In this document: positions 38,499 through 51,200 of the stretch, piece by piece
Layout of the letters: each line of letters opens with the position of its first letter
Numbering within the stretch: the first letter of the stretch is position 1
DNA from: Paraspadella gotoi
Lineage: Eukaryota > Animalia > Chaetognatha
DNA length: 64,000 nt
Reading direction: 5' to 3'
Assembly: GCA_051294375.1 (NCBI GenBank)
Contig: CM119266.1
Location: 4,230,931-4,294,930, forward strand
Made by a program: the position numbers and the translations under genes
The notes under the pieces: model-generated
Seen by the model: the letters and a program-made list of their open reading frames with translations, nothing else
Told to the model about the DNA's origin: nothing
The model's database searches: none

Positions 38499-41400
38499 TC
38501 AACAGAAAAACCAGTTAAAAATAAGGATAAAAGATGTAAACATTAAGCAGAAATTTTTTTCTTGGAGTTTTCCATCAGAAGATGAAACTGAGTACGGAGT
38601 AGCTTCATTGCAAGTGGTAGTATCAGATGTTTCAATGGGGTTTGAAAAAGATATTCTTTGGGATATGATTTGGGTAACTTGGTATAAGTGACTGGAGTTT
38701 TAAATGAAGTATTGCTAGTTGTTTCTGAAGTAGTGGACGTGGGTAACTGGATATCGTCATAGAATTTACTGTAGTTGTATTTGGAAAATTCTTATTCATA
38801 TTTATATAGAATAAATGCTATTTTGTGTTGAATAAGAAACATGGGAAGAAGGTTAATTCAAGTGGTAGTTTCATCCTTATCAGTTTCCGTTGGGATACTG
38901 ATGTGATTAACTTGGTAGAGGTAACTGGAGTTTTAAATGGAGTCTTGCCAGTCGCTTGCGAAGTAGTGGATTGGGTATTGTCATAAAATTGACTGTACTT
39001 GAAGTGAAGACTTACTGGTACTTTTTTTGTGTGTTGAAGATTTAACTTTGGTTGAAGTCACTTTTGGAGTGGTCATTTTTGTTGAAGTTGAAGTTGTTGA
39101 AGAGGGTAATATTGTTGGTAATGCAGTCGAAGTGACTGAAGTTGTAAGGGGAGACTTGCTAGTTGTTTTGTTATTTTGTTGTTTTGTTTTTGAAGTAGTG
39201 GATGTATTGACTGAAATTGTAAGGGGAGACTTTCTAGGTGTTTTGTTGTGTTGTTGTTTTGTTTTTTGAAGTAGTGGATGTTGTGTGTGTTAAAGATTTA
39301 ACTTCGGTTGAAGTAAAATTTTGGAGTGGTCGTTTTGTAACACTTGTTGAAGAGGGTAATGTTGTTGGTAATGCAGTCGAAGTGACTGAAGTTGTAAGGG
39401 GAGACTTGCTAGTTGTTTTTTGAAGTAGTGGATGTTGCTCTATGAGTGGACTCAATTGTACTTGTCATTGAAGATGTTTTTGTTTTTAGATGTTGAAGAT
39501 GGTAAGGTGGTAATCGTAAATGGAGAGTGGCTAGTTGTTAAAGTAGCAGTTGTAGATACATTTGTTGAGGAAGAAAAGGGAGTAGTTTTTGTGGTAACAT
39601 TAGCACTATATGGGGAAGTATTTGTAATATTAATTGTAGTTGTGGAAGCTTGATTAGTGGTTGAAGGTGCAGATACACTTGATGAAACAGGAGATGGAGT
39701 AGTTTTTGTAGTAATACTTGCAGTATTTGGTAATGTAGTTGTTATAACATTTGTAGTTGTGAAAGAGTGATTAGTGGTAGGTTTAGATACACTTGTTGAA
39801 GCAGAAGATGAAGTAGATTTCGTGTAACATTAGCAGTATATAGTGCAGTAGTTGTATTATTATTGTGTAGTTGTGGAAGCTGGATTCGTGGTAAGTTTAG
39901 ATACACTTGATGAAGCAGAAGATGAAGTAGATTTCGCGGTAACATTAGTAGTATATGGTACTGTCGTTATTAGATTATTTGTAGTTGTAGAAGCTGTATT
40001 CGTGGTAAGTGTAGATAAATTTAATGAAGCAGAATATGAAGAAGATTTTGCAGTAAGCATTAGTAGCATAAGGTTCTGTAGTTGTTAGATTATTTGTAGT
40101 TGTGGAAGCTGTATTCGTGGTAAGTTTAGATACACTTGTTGAGGCAGAAAGATGAAGTAGATTTCGTGGTAACATTTAGTAGTATATGGTGCTGTAGTTG
40201 TTAGATTATTTGTAGTTGTGGAAGCTGTGTTCGTGGTAAGTGTAGATACATTTGATGACGCAGAAGATGAAGTAGATTTCACGGTAACATTAGTAGTATA
40301 TGGTGCTGTAGTTGTATTATTATTTGTAGTTGTAGAAGCTGTATTCGTGGTAAGTTTAGATGCATTTGATGACGCAGAAGATGAAGTAGATTTCACGGTA
40401 ACATTAGTAGTATATGGTGCTGTAGTTGTTAGATTATTTGTAGTTGTGGAAGCTGTATTCGTAGTAAGTTTAGATACATTTGATGAAGCAGAAGATAAAG
40501 AAAATTTCGTGGTAACATTAGTATTATATGGTTCTGTCGTTGTTAGATTATTTGTAGTTGTGGAAGCTGTATTTGTGGTAAGTTTAGATACATTTGATGA
40601 AGCAGAAGATGAAGTAGATTTCGCGGTAACATTAGTAGAATATGGTGCTGTAGTTGTTTAGATTATTTGGAGTTGTGGAAGCTGTATTTGTGGTAAGTTT
40701 AGATACATTTGATGAAGCAGAAGATGAAGTAGATTTCACGGTAACATTAGTAGTATAAGGTGCTGTAGTTGTTAGATTATTTGTAGTTGTGGAAGCTGTA
40801 TTCGTAGTAAGTTTAGATACATTTGATGAAGCAGAAGATGAAGTAAATTTTGCAGTAACATTAGTAGTATATGGTTCTGTAGTTGTTAGATTATTTTGTA
40901 GTTGTGGAAGCTGTATTTGTGGTAAGTTTAGATACATTTGATGAAGCAGAAGATGAAGTAGATTTCGCGTAACATTAGTAGAATATGGTGCTGTAGTTGT
41001 TAGATTATTGGAGTTGTGGAAGCTGTATTCGTGGTAAGTTTAGATACATTTGATGAAGCAGAAGATGAAGTAGATTTCACGGTAACATTAGTAGTATAAG
41101 GTGCTGTAGTTGTTAGAATATTTGTAGTTGTGGAAGCTGTATTCGTAGTAAGTTTAGATACATTTGATGAAGCAGAAGATGAAGAAAATTTCGTGGTAAC
41201 ATTAGTAGTATATGGTTCTGTAGTTTTGTTAGATTAATTGTAGTTGTGGAAGCTGTATTGTGGTAAGTTTAGATACATTTGATGAAGCAGAAGATGAAGA
41301 AAATTTTGCAGTAACATTAGTAGTATATGGTGCTGTAGTTGTTAGATTATTTGTAGTTGTTGAAGCTGTATTCGTGGTAAGTTTAAGGATTAGATACATT

Positions 41401-41511
41401 TGATGAAGCAGAAGATGAAGAAAATTTCGTGGTAACATTAGTAGTATATGGTTCTGTAGTTGTTAGATTAATTGTAGTTGTGGAAGCTGTATTCGTGGTA
41501 AGTTTAGATAC
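38499..41511 (-). repeat. Mucin exon copy 2 (partial, between two 25-N gaps)
   Basis: Near-identical to 31914-34800 and 41593-44400; differences are mostly homopolymer indels. Confidence 0.75.
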
Positions 41512-41592
41512 NNNNNNNNNNNNNNNNNNNNNNNNNAAGTGCCCAAATACTATTAAAAATAAATCAATTAAAAGTTTAACATATACTTTTAT

Positions 41593-44500
41593 TCAACAGA
41601 AAAACCAGTTAAAAATAAGGATAAAAGATGTAAACATTAAGCAGAAATTTTTTTCTTGGAGTTTTCCATCAGAAGATGAAACTGAGTACGGAGTAGCTTC
41701 ATTGCAAGTGGTAGTATCAGATGTTTCAATGGGGTTTGAAAAAGATATTCTTTGGGATATGATTTGGGTAACTTGGTATAAGTGACTGGAGTTTTAAATG
41801 AAGTATTGCTAGTTGTTTCTGAAGTAGTGGACGTGGGTAACTGGATATCGTCATAGAATTTACTGTAGTTGTATTTGGAAAATTCTTATTCATATTTATA
41901 TAGAATAAATGCTATTTTGTGTTGAATAAGAAACATGGGAAGAAGGTTAATTCATAGTGGTAGTTTCATCCTTATCAGTTTCCGTTGGGATACTGATGTG
42001 ATTAACTTGGTAGAGGTAACTGGAGTTTTAAATGGAGTCTTGCCAGTCGCTTGCGAAGTAGTGGATTGGGTATTGTCATAAAATTGACTGTACTTGAAGT
42101 GAAGACTTACTGGTACTTTTTTTGTGTGTTGAAGATTTAACTTTGGTTGAAGTCACTTTTGGAGTGGTCATTTTTGTTGAAGTTGAAGTTGTTGAAGAGG
42201 GTAATATTGTTGGTAATGCAGTCGAAGTGACTGAAGTTGTAAGGGGAGACTTGCTAGTTGTTTTGTTATTTTGTTGTTTTGTTTTTGAAGTAGTGGATGT
42301 ATTGACTGAAATTGTAAGGGGAGACTTTCTAGGTGTTTTGTTGTGTTGTTGTTTTGTTTTTTGAAGTAGTGGATGTTGTGTGTGTTAAAGATTTAACTTC
42401 GGTTGAAGTAAAATTTTGGAGTGGTCGTTTTGTAACACTTGTTGAAGAGGGTAATGTTGTTGGTAATGCAGTCGAAGTGACTGAAGTTGTAAGGGGAGAC
42501 TTGCTAGTTGTTTTTTGAAGTAGTGGATGTTGCTCTATGAGTGGACTCAATTGTACTTGTCATTGAAGATGTTTTTGTTTTTAGATGTTGAAGATGGTAA
42601 GGTGGTAATCGTAAATGGAGAGTGGCTAGTTGTTAAAGTAGCAGTTGTAGATACATTTGTTGAGAAGAAAAGGGAGTAGTTTTTGTGGTAACATTAGCAC
42701 TATATGGGGAAGTATTTGTAATATTAATTGTAGTTGTGGAAGCTTGATTAGTGGTTGAAGGTGCAGATACACTTGATGAAACAGGAGATGGAGTAGTTTT
42801 TGTAGTAATACTTGCAGTATTTGGTAATGTAGTTGTTATAACATTTGTAGTTGTGAAAAGAGTGATTAGTGGTAGGTTTAGATACACTTGTTGAAGCAGA
42901 AGATGAAGTAGATTTCGTGGTAACATTAGCAGTATATAGTGCAGTAGTTGTATTATTATTTGTAGTTGTGGAAGCTGGATTCGTGGTAAGTTTAGATACA
43001 CTTGATGAAGCAGAAGATGAAGTAGATTTCGCGGTAAACATTAGTAGTATATGGTACTGTCGTTATTAGATATTTGTAGTTGTAGAAGCTGTATTCGTGT
43101 AAGTGTAGATAAATTTAATGAAGCAGAATATGAAGAAGATTTTGCAGTAACATTAGTAGCATAAGGTTCTGTAGTTGTTAGATTATTTGTAGTTGTGGAA
43201 GCTGTATTCGTGGTAAGTTTAGATACACTTGTTGAGGCAGAAAGATGAAGTAGATTTCGTGGTAACATTTAGTAGTATATGGTGCTGTAGTTGTTAGATT
43301 ATTTGTAGTTGTGGAAGCTGTGTTCGTGGTAAGTGTAGATACATTTGATGACGCAGAAGATGAAGTAGATTTCACGGTAACATTAGTAGTATATGGTGCT
43401 GTAGTTGTATTATTATTTGTAGTTGTAGAAGCTGTATTCGTGGTAAGTTTAGATGCATTTGATGACGCAGAAGATGAAGTAGATTTCACCGGTAACATTA
43501 GTAGTATATGGTGCTGTAGTTGTTAGATTATTTGTAGTTGTGGAAGCTGTATTCGTAGTAAGTTTAGATACATTTGATGAAGCAGAAGATAAAGAAAAAT
43601 TTCGTGGTAACATTAGTATTATATGGTTCTGTCGTTGTTAGATTATTTGTAGTTGTGGAAGCTGTATTTGTGGTAAGTTTAGATACATTTGATGAAGCAG
43701 AAGATGAAGTAGATTTCGCGGTAACATTAGTAGAATATGGTGCGTAGTTGTTAGATTATTTGGAGTTGTGGAAGCTGTATTTGTGGTAAGTTTAGATACA
43801 TTTGATGAAGCAGAAGATGAAGTAGATTTCACGGTAACATTAGTAGTATAAGGTGCTGTAGTTGTTAGATTATTTGTAGTTGTGGAAGCTGTATTCGTAG
43901 TAAGTTTAGATACATTTGATGAAGCAGAAGATGAAGTAAATTTTGCAGTAACATTAGTAGTATATGGTTCTGTAGTTGTTAGATTATTTTGTAGTTGTGG
44001 AAGCTGTATTTGTGGTAAGTTTAGATACATTTGATGAAGCAGAAGATGAAGTAGATTTCGCGTAACATTAGTAGAATATGGTGCTGTAGTTGTTAGATTA
44101 TTTGGAGTTGTGGAAGCTGTATTCGTGGTAAGTTTAGATACATTTGATGAAGCAGAAGATGAAGTAGATTTCACGGTAACATTAGTAGTATAAGGTGCTG
44201 TAGTTGTTAGAATATTTGTAGTTGTGGAAGCTGTATTCGTAGTAAGTTTAGATACATTTGATGAAGCAGAAGATGAAGAAAATTTCGTGGTAACATTAGT
44301 AGTATATGGTTCTGTAGTTTGTTAGATTAATTGTAGTTGTGGAAGCTGTATTCGTGGTAAGTTTAGATACATTTGATGAAGCAGAAGATGAAGAAAATTT
44401 TGCAGTAACATTAGTAGTATATGGTGCTGTAGTTGTTAGATTATTTGTAGTTGTTGAAGCTGTATTCGTGGTAAGTTTAGATACATTTGATGAAGCAGAA

Positions 44501-45268
44501 GATGAAGAAATTTTCGCGGTAACATTAGTAGTATATGGTGCTGTAGTTGTTAGATTATTTGTAGTTGTGGAAGCTGTATTCGTGGTAAGTTTAGATACAT
44601 TTGATGAAGCAGAAGATAAAGTAGATTTTGCGGTAACATTAGTAGTATATGGTGCTGTAGTTGTTAGATTATTTGTAGTTGTTGAAGCTGTATTTGTGGT
44701 AAGTTTAGATACATTTGATGAAGCAGAAGATGAAGAAATTTCGCGGTAACATTAGTAGTATATGGTGCTGTAGTTGTTAGATTATTTGTAGTTGTGGAAG
44801 CTGTATTCGTGGTAAGTTTAGATACATTTGATGAAGCAGAAGATAAAGTAGATTTTGCGGTAACATTAGTAGTATATGGTGCTGTAGTTGTTAGATTATT
44901 TGTAGTTGTTGAAGCTGTATTTGTGGTAAGTTTAGATACATTTGATGAAGCAGAAGATGAAGAAAATTTCGCGGTAACATTAGTAGTATATGGTGCTGTA
45001 GTTGTTAGATTATTTGTAGTTGTGGAAGCTGTATTCGTGGGAAGTTTAGGGGTGGTGGTTGAGGTGGTAGTTGTGGTTGTTGTAGTAGTAGTAGTAGTAT
45101 ATGGTGCTGTAGTTGTTAGATTATTTGTAGTTTTGGAAGATGGATTAGTGGTAGGTTTAGGGGTTGTGGTTGAGGTGGTAGTTGTGGTTGTTGTAGTAGT
45201 AGTTGTGGTTGTTTTCTTAAGGCACTCTTGAAGTTTTGTTTGAAACTTTAACTTCAGGTCAGAAACGC
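41593..45268 (-). CDS. Long terminal exon: mucin-like 38-aa repeats plus a putative GPI-anchor signal
   Basis: Begins (G)VSDLKLKFQ, then Thr-rich repeats with three N-x-S/T sequons per unit; ends SSSDGKLQEKNFCLMFTSFILIFNWFFC*; frameshifts look like read errors. Confidence 0.72.
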
Positions 45269-48200
45269 CTAAAAAATAAAATAAAACATATAGGTAAGTA
45301 TTTTTAAAACTTAGGATGATAAAAAAACCATTAAGTAGGCCTATATTCAAGACAATATAATTATTTTGATATCAAGACCAAAATATGGTAAAATAAATAC
45401 GTAATAATCTTTAAAATATTTCTTCATTTGTCAAGATTCAGCAGACATAATTCAAAATTTTAGTTAAGTCCATCAGTTGTCTTTGTTGATTTTGTAAGGA
45501 AATTCATATAATTATTAAAACTGGACTAAAAATTGGTTTGTAAAGTGTGTGATTAGGTTTAAGAATAAATTCAAGTAAAAAAAATTAGTGGGAATGCAAA
45601 AAATCGACATAATTTTTATTGTAATTTAAATCATATAGTGATATGGTGAAAGCAGCTATTACATCATGGTTATCCAACTCATTCCGGGTACCTGCGTTAT
45701 TTGATTTAACTCAGTTTAATTTTGTTTTCAAAACTTCATAGTATTTATCCAAAACAAAAAAAAGATTGTTCTTTGCTTCAACTAAAAAAGTTATTATATT
45801 CATACACAGTGTCATAAAATAGAAAATTTTACAGGATGTACCAAAATTAGGTACCTATAAGAAGGTCCTGTTTTGTTAAATAGTTTTGTGGTTTTTCAAA
45901 AAAAGTTTTTTAAAAAAACTTTCCATTTCAATCTTTCACTTTTGCAAGCGCCAAGGAGAAAGCCAATTACATTATTTGGCGAAATTAATTTGAGAACGGC
46001 AATCAGAATTTTGGAAAGTCGGGAATTATACAATTAGTGACCATAACTAGTCTAATTACTACTTACTAATTAGATATAGAAATTAGACAAGAATGAAACA
46101 AGGATAAGATGATAAAAATGCGGCACAATTTGATTTGATTTGACAAAAGGATTGTCTGAAAAGGTTTTGCTTTAGTATGCTTAGCTCTTTTGTTATGATA
46201 AAATTAATAAAATCATAAAATATTATTAGATTTTTATTCAATTTTTCAATCCTCAAATGTACAGTTTTTGAAAAATGTCTTGTAGTTGAACTTTAGTTTT
46301 AGGGTCTCTACATCTGTAAAGGAAAATAAACTAGTCATTAAAATTTTTAGTTGGTTAATGATTTTAAACTGAGTTAATACAATCTTAAAGCAAAAAATTT
46401 AAAACTTTTTTATCTGTTCTATTTTATTATTTTTATAATCTTTAGCAAAAAAATTATTTCGTTAAAAAATAAAACAAATGAAAAAAGGAAACCTAACATC
46501 TTAAACAATAGGAATATGATAACGGTCTGGGCTTCTAATCGATCATCTGCTGACATGCACCATTCATAATTTTAAAAGACAACCAAGGCTTGAAATGAAA
46601 ATATCTTACAATTGATTTATTCTCTCTTGAAATTTGAACTCTCACCTTGATAAGTTGCGACGGTCACCGGCCATCCAAAAAATTTCGATGAAGACGTTGG
46701 TAAGGAGCTTGCAATTAAGGGGTTTTGAGCTGGATGGATTTTTAAAAGCGTTAATTACGCTTCATTTATCACGTTTTTATCAATACGAATTTAATAGATA
46801 TTTTTTTATTTTCTTGTCCTCAAAAAAACCTGTGTTCCAGAAGATACTGTCAGCGGTTTTCACGAAATAAGTTCCGTTTAGTTTCGTGCTGAGCAATGAA
46901 ACAATAAATAGATAAATGATTAACAGTTAATCCTCGATGAAAAATAATTTTAATTGATCGATTAATTCAAAAATATTATTTATATATATAAAAGATATGG
47001 ATAGTTATCAAATTAACTGATTTTGACTGTTAAACATTAAAATTTAGCATTTTTCATAAATGAATAAATCATTTTTTTAATCCCGTAAACGCCAAATAAT
47101 TACACCAGTCATATCTGTACACTTAAAGAATCTGTACAGTTAAAGAATAACTTAAACTTAACCAGGGCTTAAACTTAAACTTAAACTTAACCAGGGCACG
47201 CTCGAATAGTGGGGAAATTAACCTAGGGTCACATGGAGATGTGGATATGGCGCTAAGTAGGCTGAAGATGACTATCTGCAACTTCATTAACCCCCTCTAG
47301 CAGCCATGGAACGGGTCCTGGGGTTAGAACCAGGGTTTGCCATGCCTCAAAAGCAATTTACGGTTTCCCGAAGGTACTGGGTTGAGATTGAACCCGATAC
47401 CTACTACATAGTGGTCATGAGCTTTAATGAATGAGCCACTGGGTGAAACTGGGCAATGGGGCATAGATAAATAACTCAAAATTATTACAATTTCTTACCA
47501 GAAAAAATTCCATGGCCCTGGAGTATAGCAACACACTTGTAGTTTATAACGATTCGGTAACACTTGAATTTTGTAACCATCTTGAAAAAGTAAAAAATAA
47601 ATGAATTTCTTGATTACTCAAAAAAACAACTGTTGGAACAAATATTTCTTTTACCTATTAACATTTTAATATTAATTAATATTAATATTAAATATTATAA
47701 TAAAAATTAAATAAGAATCATAAATGTAAATCAAAGTTGAAATAATAACAAGTAAAATTCTTCATGAATTTTATCTTACATTTAAAGGTTCGACCATTAT
47801 ATGATCCTTCTGCCATCAAAGAACCATGGTTTGAAGATAATCCGGCTAGAATCCGCGTTCCGCGCCAGTAAACAAACCTAAAGAGTAACCATAAATCCAA
47901 AGGTATATAAATATTGCAGGATTACTTGAATGTCTTCAATAAATCTAGTTCTAAGGCTTTTAAAGAGTATGTTCCATAATAACATATGGATATAGATATT
48001 AGTTATAAAATAAACGAGTTTAGATTAATTTAAAGGAGTGGGATGTGAAGATAGTCTTCTTGAAATAAACGGTGCGTATATAGATTTATTTTATAGATTA
48101 TCTGATCTTAAAAATTAACTGACTTATTCCGCCAAAATCCCCAAGTGAAATCATCTATATTTTGCTTTGAGAAATGTTTTTCAGCGTCGTCTGCTAAGCC

Positions 48201-51200
48201 CCTTGTCCTTGTATATATAAGCTCCCACCCATCTGCAAAAATAATTGTAATAAAAATTATTAAGAATATCTAAAATTGGTAAGAATTGACTAAATTTTAA
48301 TGAATCGTCCTGGGGCGAGTAGGGGCGTCTCCAAAATTATCTCAACCCCTACTAATGGCTTTAAAAATATATACAAATTATATACAAAATTATTTATACA
48401 TATTGTTTTTTTAAGAGTTTGGCCGAGTAAAAGAATTAGGGTATAAATCAACGAAAAAAACGAATTGACTTTGGAAACAAATATTCTCTCTTCAAACTTC
48501 AAAATTTGTCAAAATATTTTTAATTAAAATAAATAATATTCTTATGTTATATTTTTTAAACGGTTAGCAATTGGTTTAGGGGTGGTTAAGGATTAGGAGT
48601 AGTTAGGGATTAAGTGTAGTGAGGGTTAAAGGAGTTTTCAAAATAAAATTTATAATATAAAGTTTTTCTACCCTTACCAGTATTTTTTTTAACCGACCGC
48701 AAAATCCCGGTCGGCGAATGTAAAAATAAGTCAATATTTGTTCTTGTCAGTTTTTTTGTAAAACTATACAGAGGGCGTTTTCCCCACTAAATTCCTAACC
48801 TTTACATTCCATATCAACGATCCACACATTTTTCGGATCGTTGTCCATTTTAACAAAAATTGAATGAACGTGAGATTCCGCCGTTTTGTTGTTACTTTTC
48901 TCGCAATCTTTGATTCTGGGTGAATTGGGGGAGTTGTGTCTATTATCTAATTAACTTTTTTTATATAAATACATCAAAATCTAAATGTTCAATATTAATA
49001 AAATACTGATGAGACTTTAACTCACGTATCCTCCTGTTTGGTGACTTTTGGCAGCGTCTAAAACAGAACAGGGGACAAGAAAGAAGAAAAGAAAAACATA
49101 AATATTTATTATTAAATTCAGCATTACAGAGTTCTTTTTAAAAAAACAATTCAAAAAAACTGAACTATATTAGTTTATTACCTAGATAAATATCTCTGTA
49201 TAAAAAAAATCATGAGCAGCTTCGCTAATCTTTATCCTAAAAACCTAATTCCAAATACAATCTTCAAAAAACCTATTATATACACAAAAATCTAACTCCG
49301 ATCCAATCAAAATTCAGACTAATTAATTTTTTTTTTAATTTAAATCTGAATTGCTCGCCTTACAAGAAGCTGAGTTGGTCCTCATGAAGAGATTCAAACT
49401 CTCAACCACTATAGAACCTTCATCGTAAATATTATGAAAAAAATGCCGTTTCCAAAGCATTTCCCCGCGCGATGCTGAAAACCAAAAATAGTTACTAAAA
49501 TGATCTTGAAATAATCTTTCTCTCTCACTCTATCTCTCCCTCTACCGGTCGGTCGATGTAACATCGGCATGTATTGATTAGTTTCTTTTATTTTGGGATC
49601 CGCAAACCAAGGCTGGCACGCAGAAACTGTAAAAAAAAATCAAGTATTTTTATGTTATTTATGAATATCTAAAAATATATTTCACACGATGAAAAAGCAC
49701 TTCACAAGCATTAACCTTTACACTACTATTGACATCATACAAGTAGTCAAGTACTTTGATATTTAATTTAAATAAAAACAATCTTAAAAGACTCATGATC
49801 GAGCCAGACCCCACTCAAAGAAAATTAATAAAAAAATCTGAGAAATGAATGATGCGATAACAAATTATTGATGTAAAAGTAATTGAATGATGTAATAGTA
49901 ATTTATTGATGTAATAGGAATTAATTATTGATGCGATGATAACCAATTATTGATGCGATGATAATCATTCACTGATGTGATGATAATCATTCACTGATAC
50001 GATGATAGTCATTCATCGTAAATAAAACAAACGCGTATATGAGTAAGAGAGAGAGAGAGACGGAGAGAGACAGAGACAGAGTGTACGAACTTTGTTTTCA
50101 AATATAAAACATATTCTAAATCTCAGAGCCATAAAATAAATCCACGAAAAATCTCTGATGTAAATTTGGGATTTTGTATTGAGAAAAAAGCGTTGAATAA
50201 ATGGCGATAATAAATGTTTTTAGGAAAAAAAATTAATCAGAATTTTTTAAAAAACGCACGATCACGCAAGAGATCATACAGAGAGAGAAAAAAAGAATGA
50301 TAATGAGAGAGAGAGAAAGAAAGAAGCTGGACAGACGGTGCAGAGCTGGAAATCGTTTATTTGTCGCCTAATAACAGTGGTAAAATTTAGGTCAAAACAT
50401 GTAACGTTTCCACCGTGTGAAATTAGGTCATGTTAATTTTTTTATACACATAACATTTCCGTTACCATCAAAATGCGTTATTAGGTCATGTTCCTGGACA
50501 TTGTTTACTCATTGCCCCGCAATGGCCACAAAATCCAGGTCAAATAAGTTATTCTTTACTTTTTTAAAAATAAATCTATAAAAATTTATATTGAGAAAAA
50601 AGCGCATAATAAATGGCGAAAATAAAAGTTTTTAAAAGGAAAATAACCCTAATCCTAACCCCCTAACCCTAACCAAAATCTAGCCAGGACGGGCTTTGTC
50701 CCGTCTGGCTCGATAAAAATAATCAGAGAGAGAGAGAGAGAGAGAGAGAAAAATAGAGAGAAACTGGACAGCCGCTGGACCGCCGCTGCAGAGATAAAGA
50801 GAGAGAGTGATATATAATTAAAAGAGAGAGAGAAAAGCTGCATAGCCCATTTACTCGTCAAAGAATCAGCAGTACTTATGGTGACGGACGTAGCGCGAGC
50901 TCCTCCCATGATGATGAGAAGCTATATATAAAATTTCAACTCCCTGTGATATCACACTTTCAAAAGCAATGATTGCAAAAAAGCGTGACGCCAACGACGA
51001 CTACGTCACAAAAAAGCCATTTTAAATCATTATAGAGCCAGGACGGGCTTCGCCCGGTCTGGCTCAATAACAATTGTATAATTTGTATTTCAATTAAACT
51101 GACTCATTGAGAAATCAAACTTTACCTTCATGGTCGCTGCAGTTGCTGGGCCTAACGAGAAATAAATGAAAAACCTATTTCAATATTTACTATCTAATAA

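Noticed and set aside
33180-45040. CRISPR-like array
   Set aside because: Contiguous 114-bp coding repeats without unique spacers, in a eukaryotic context with no cas genes.
32283-45231. Val/Glu-rich plus-strand ORFs
   Set aside because: They are antisense shadows of the Thr/Ser mucin repeat; the splice signals are on the minus strand.
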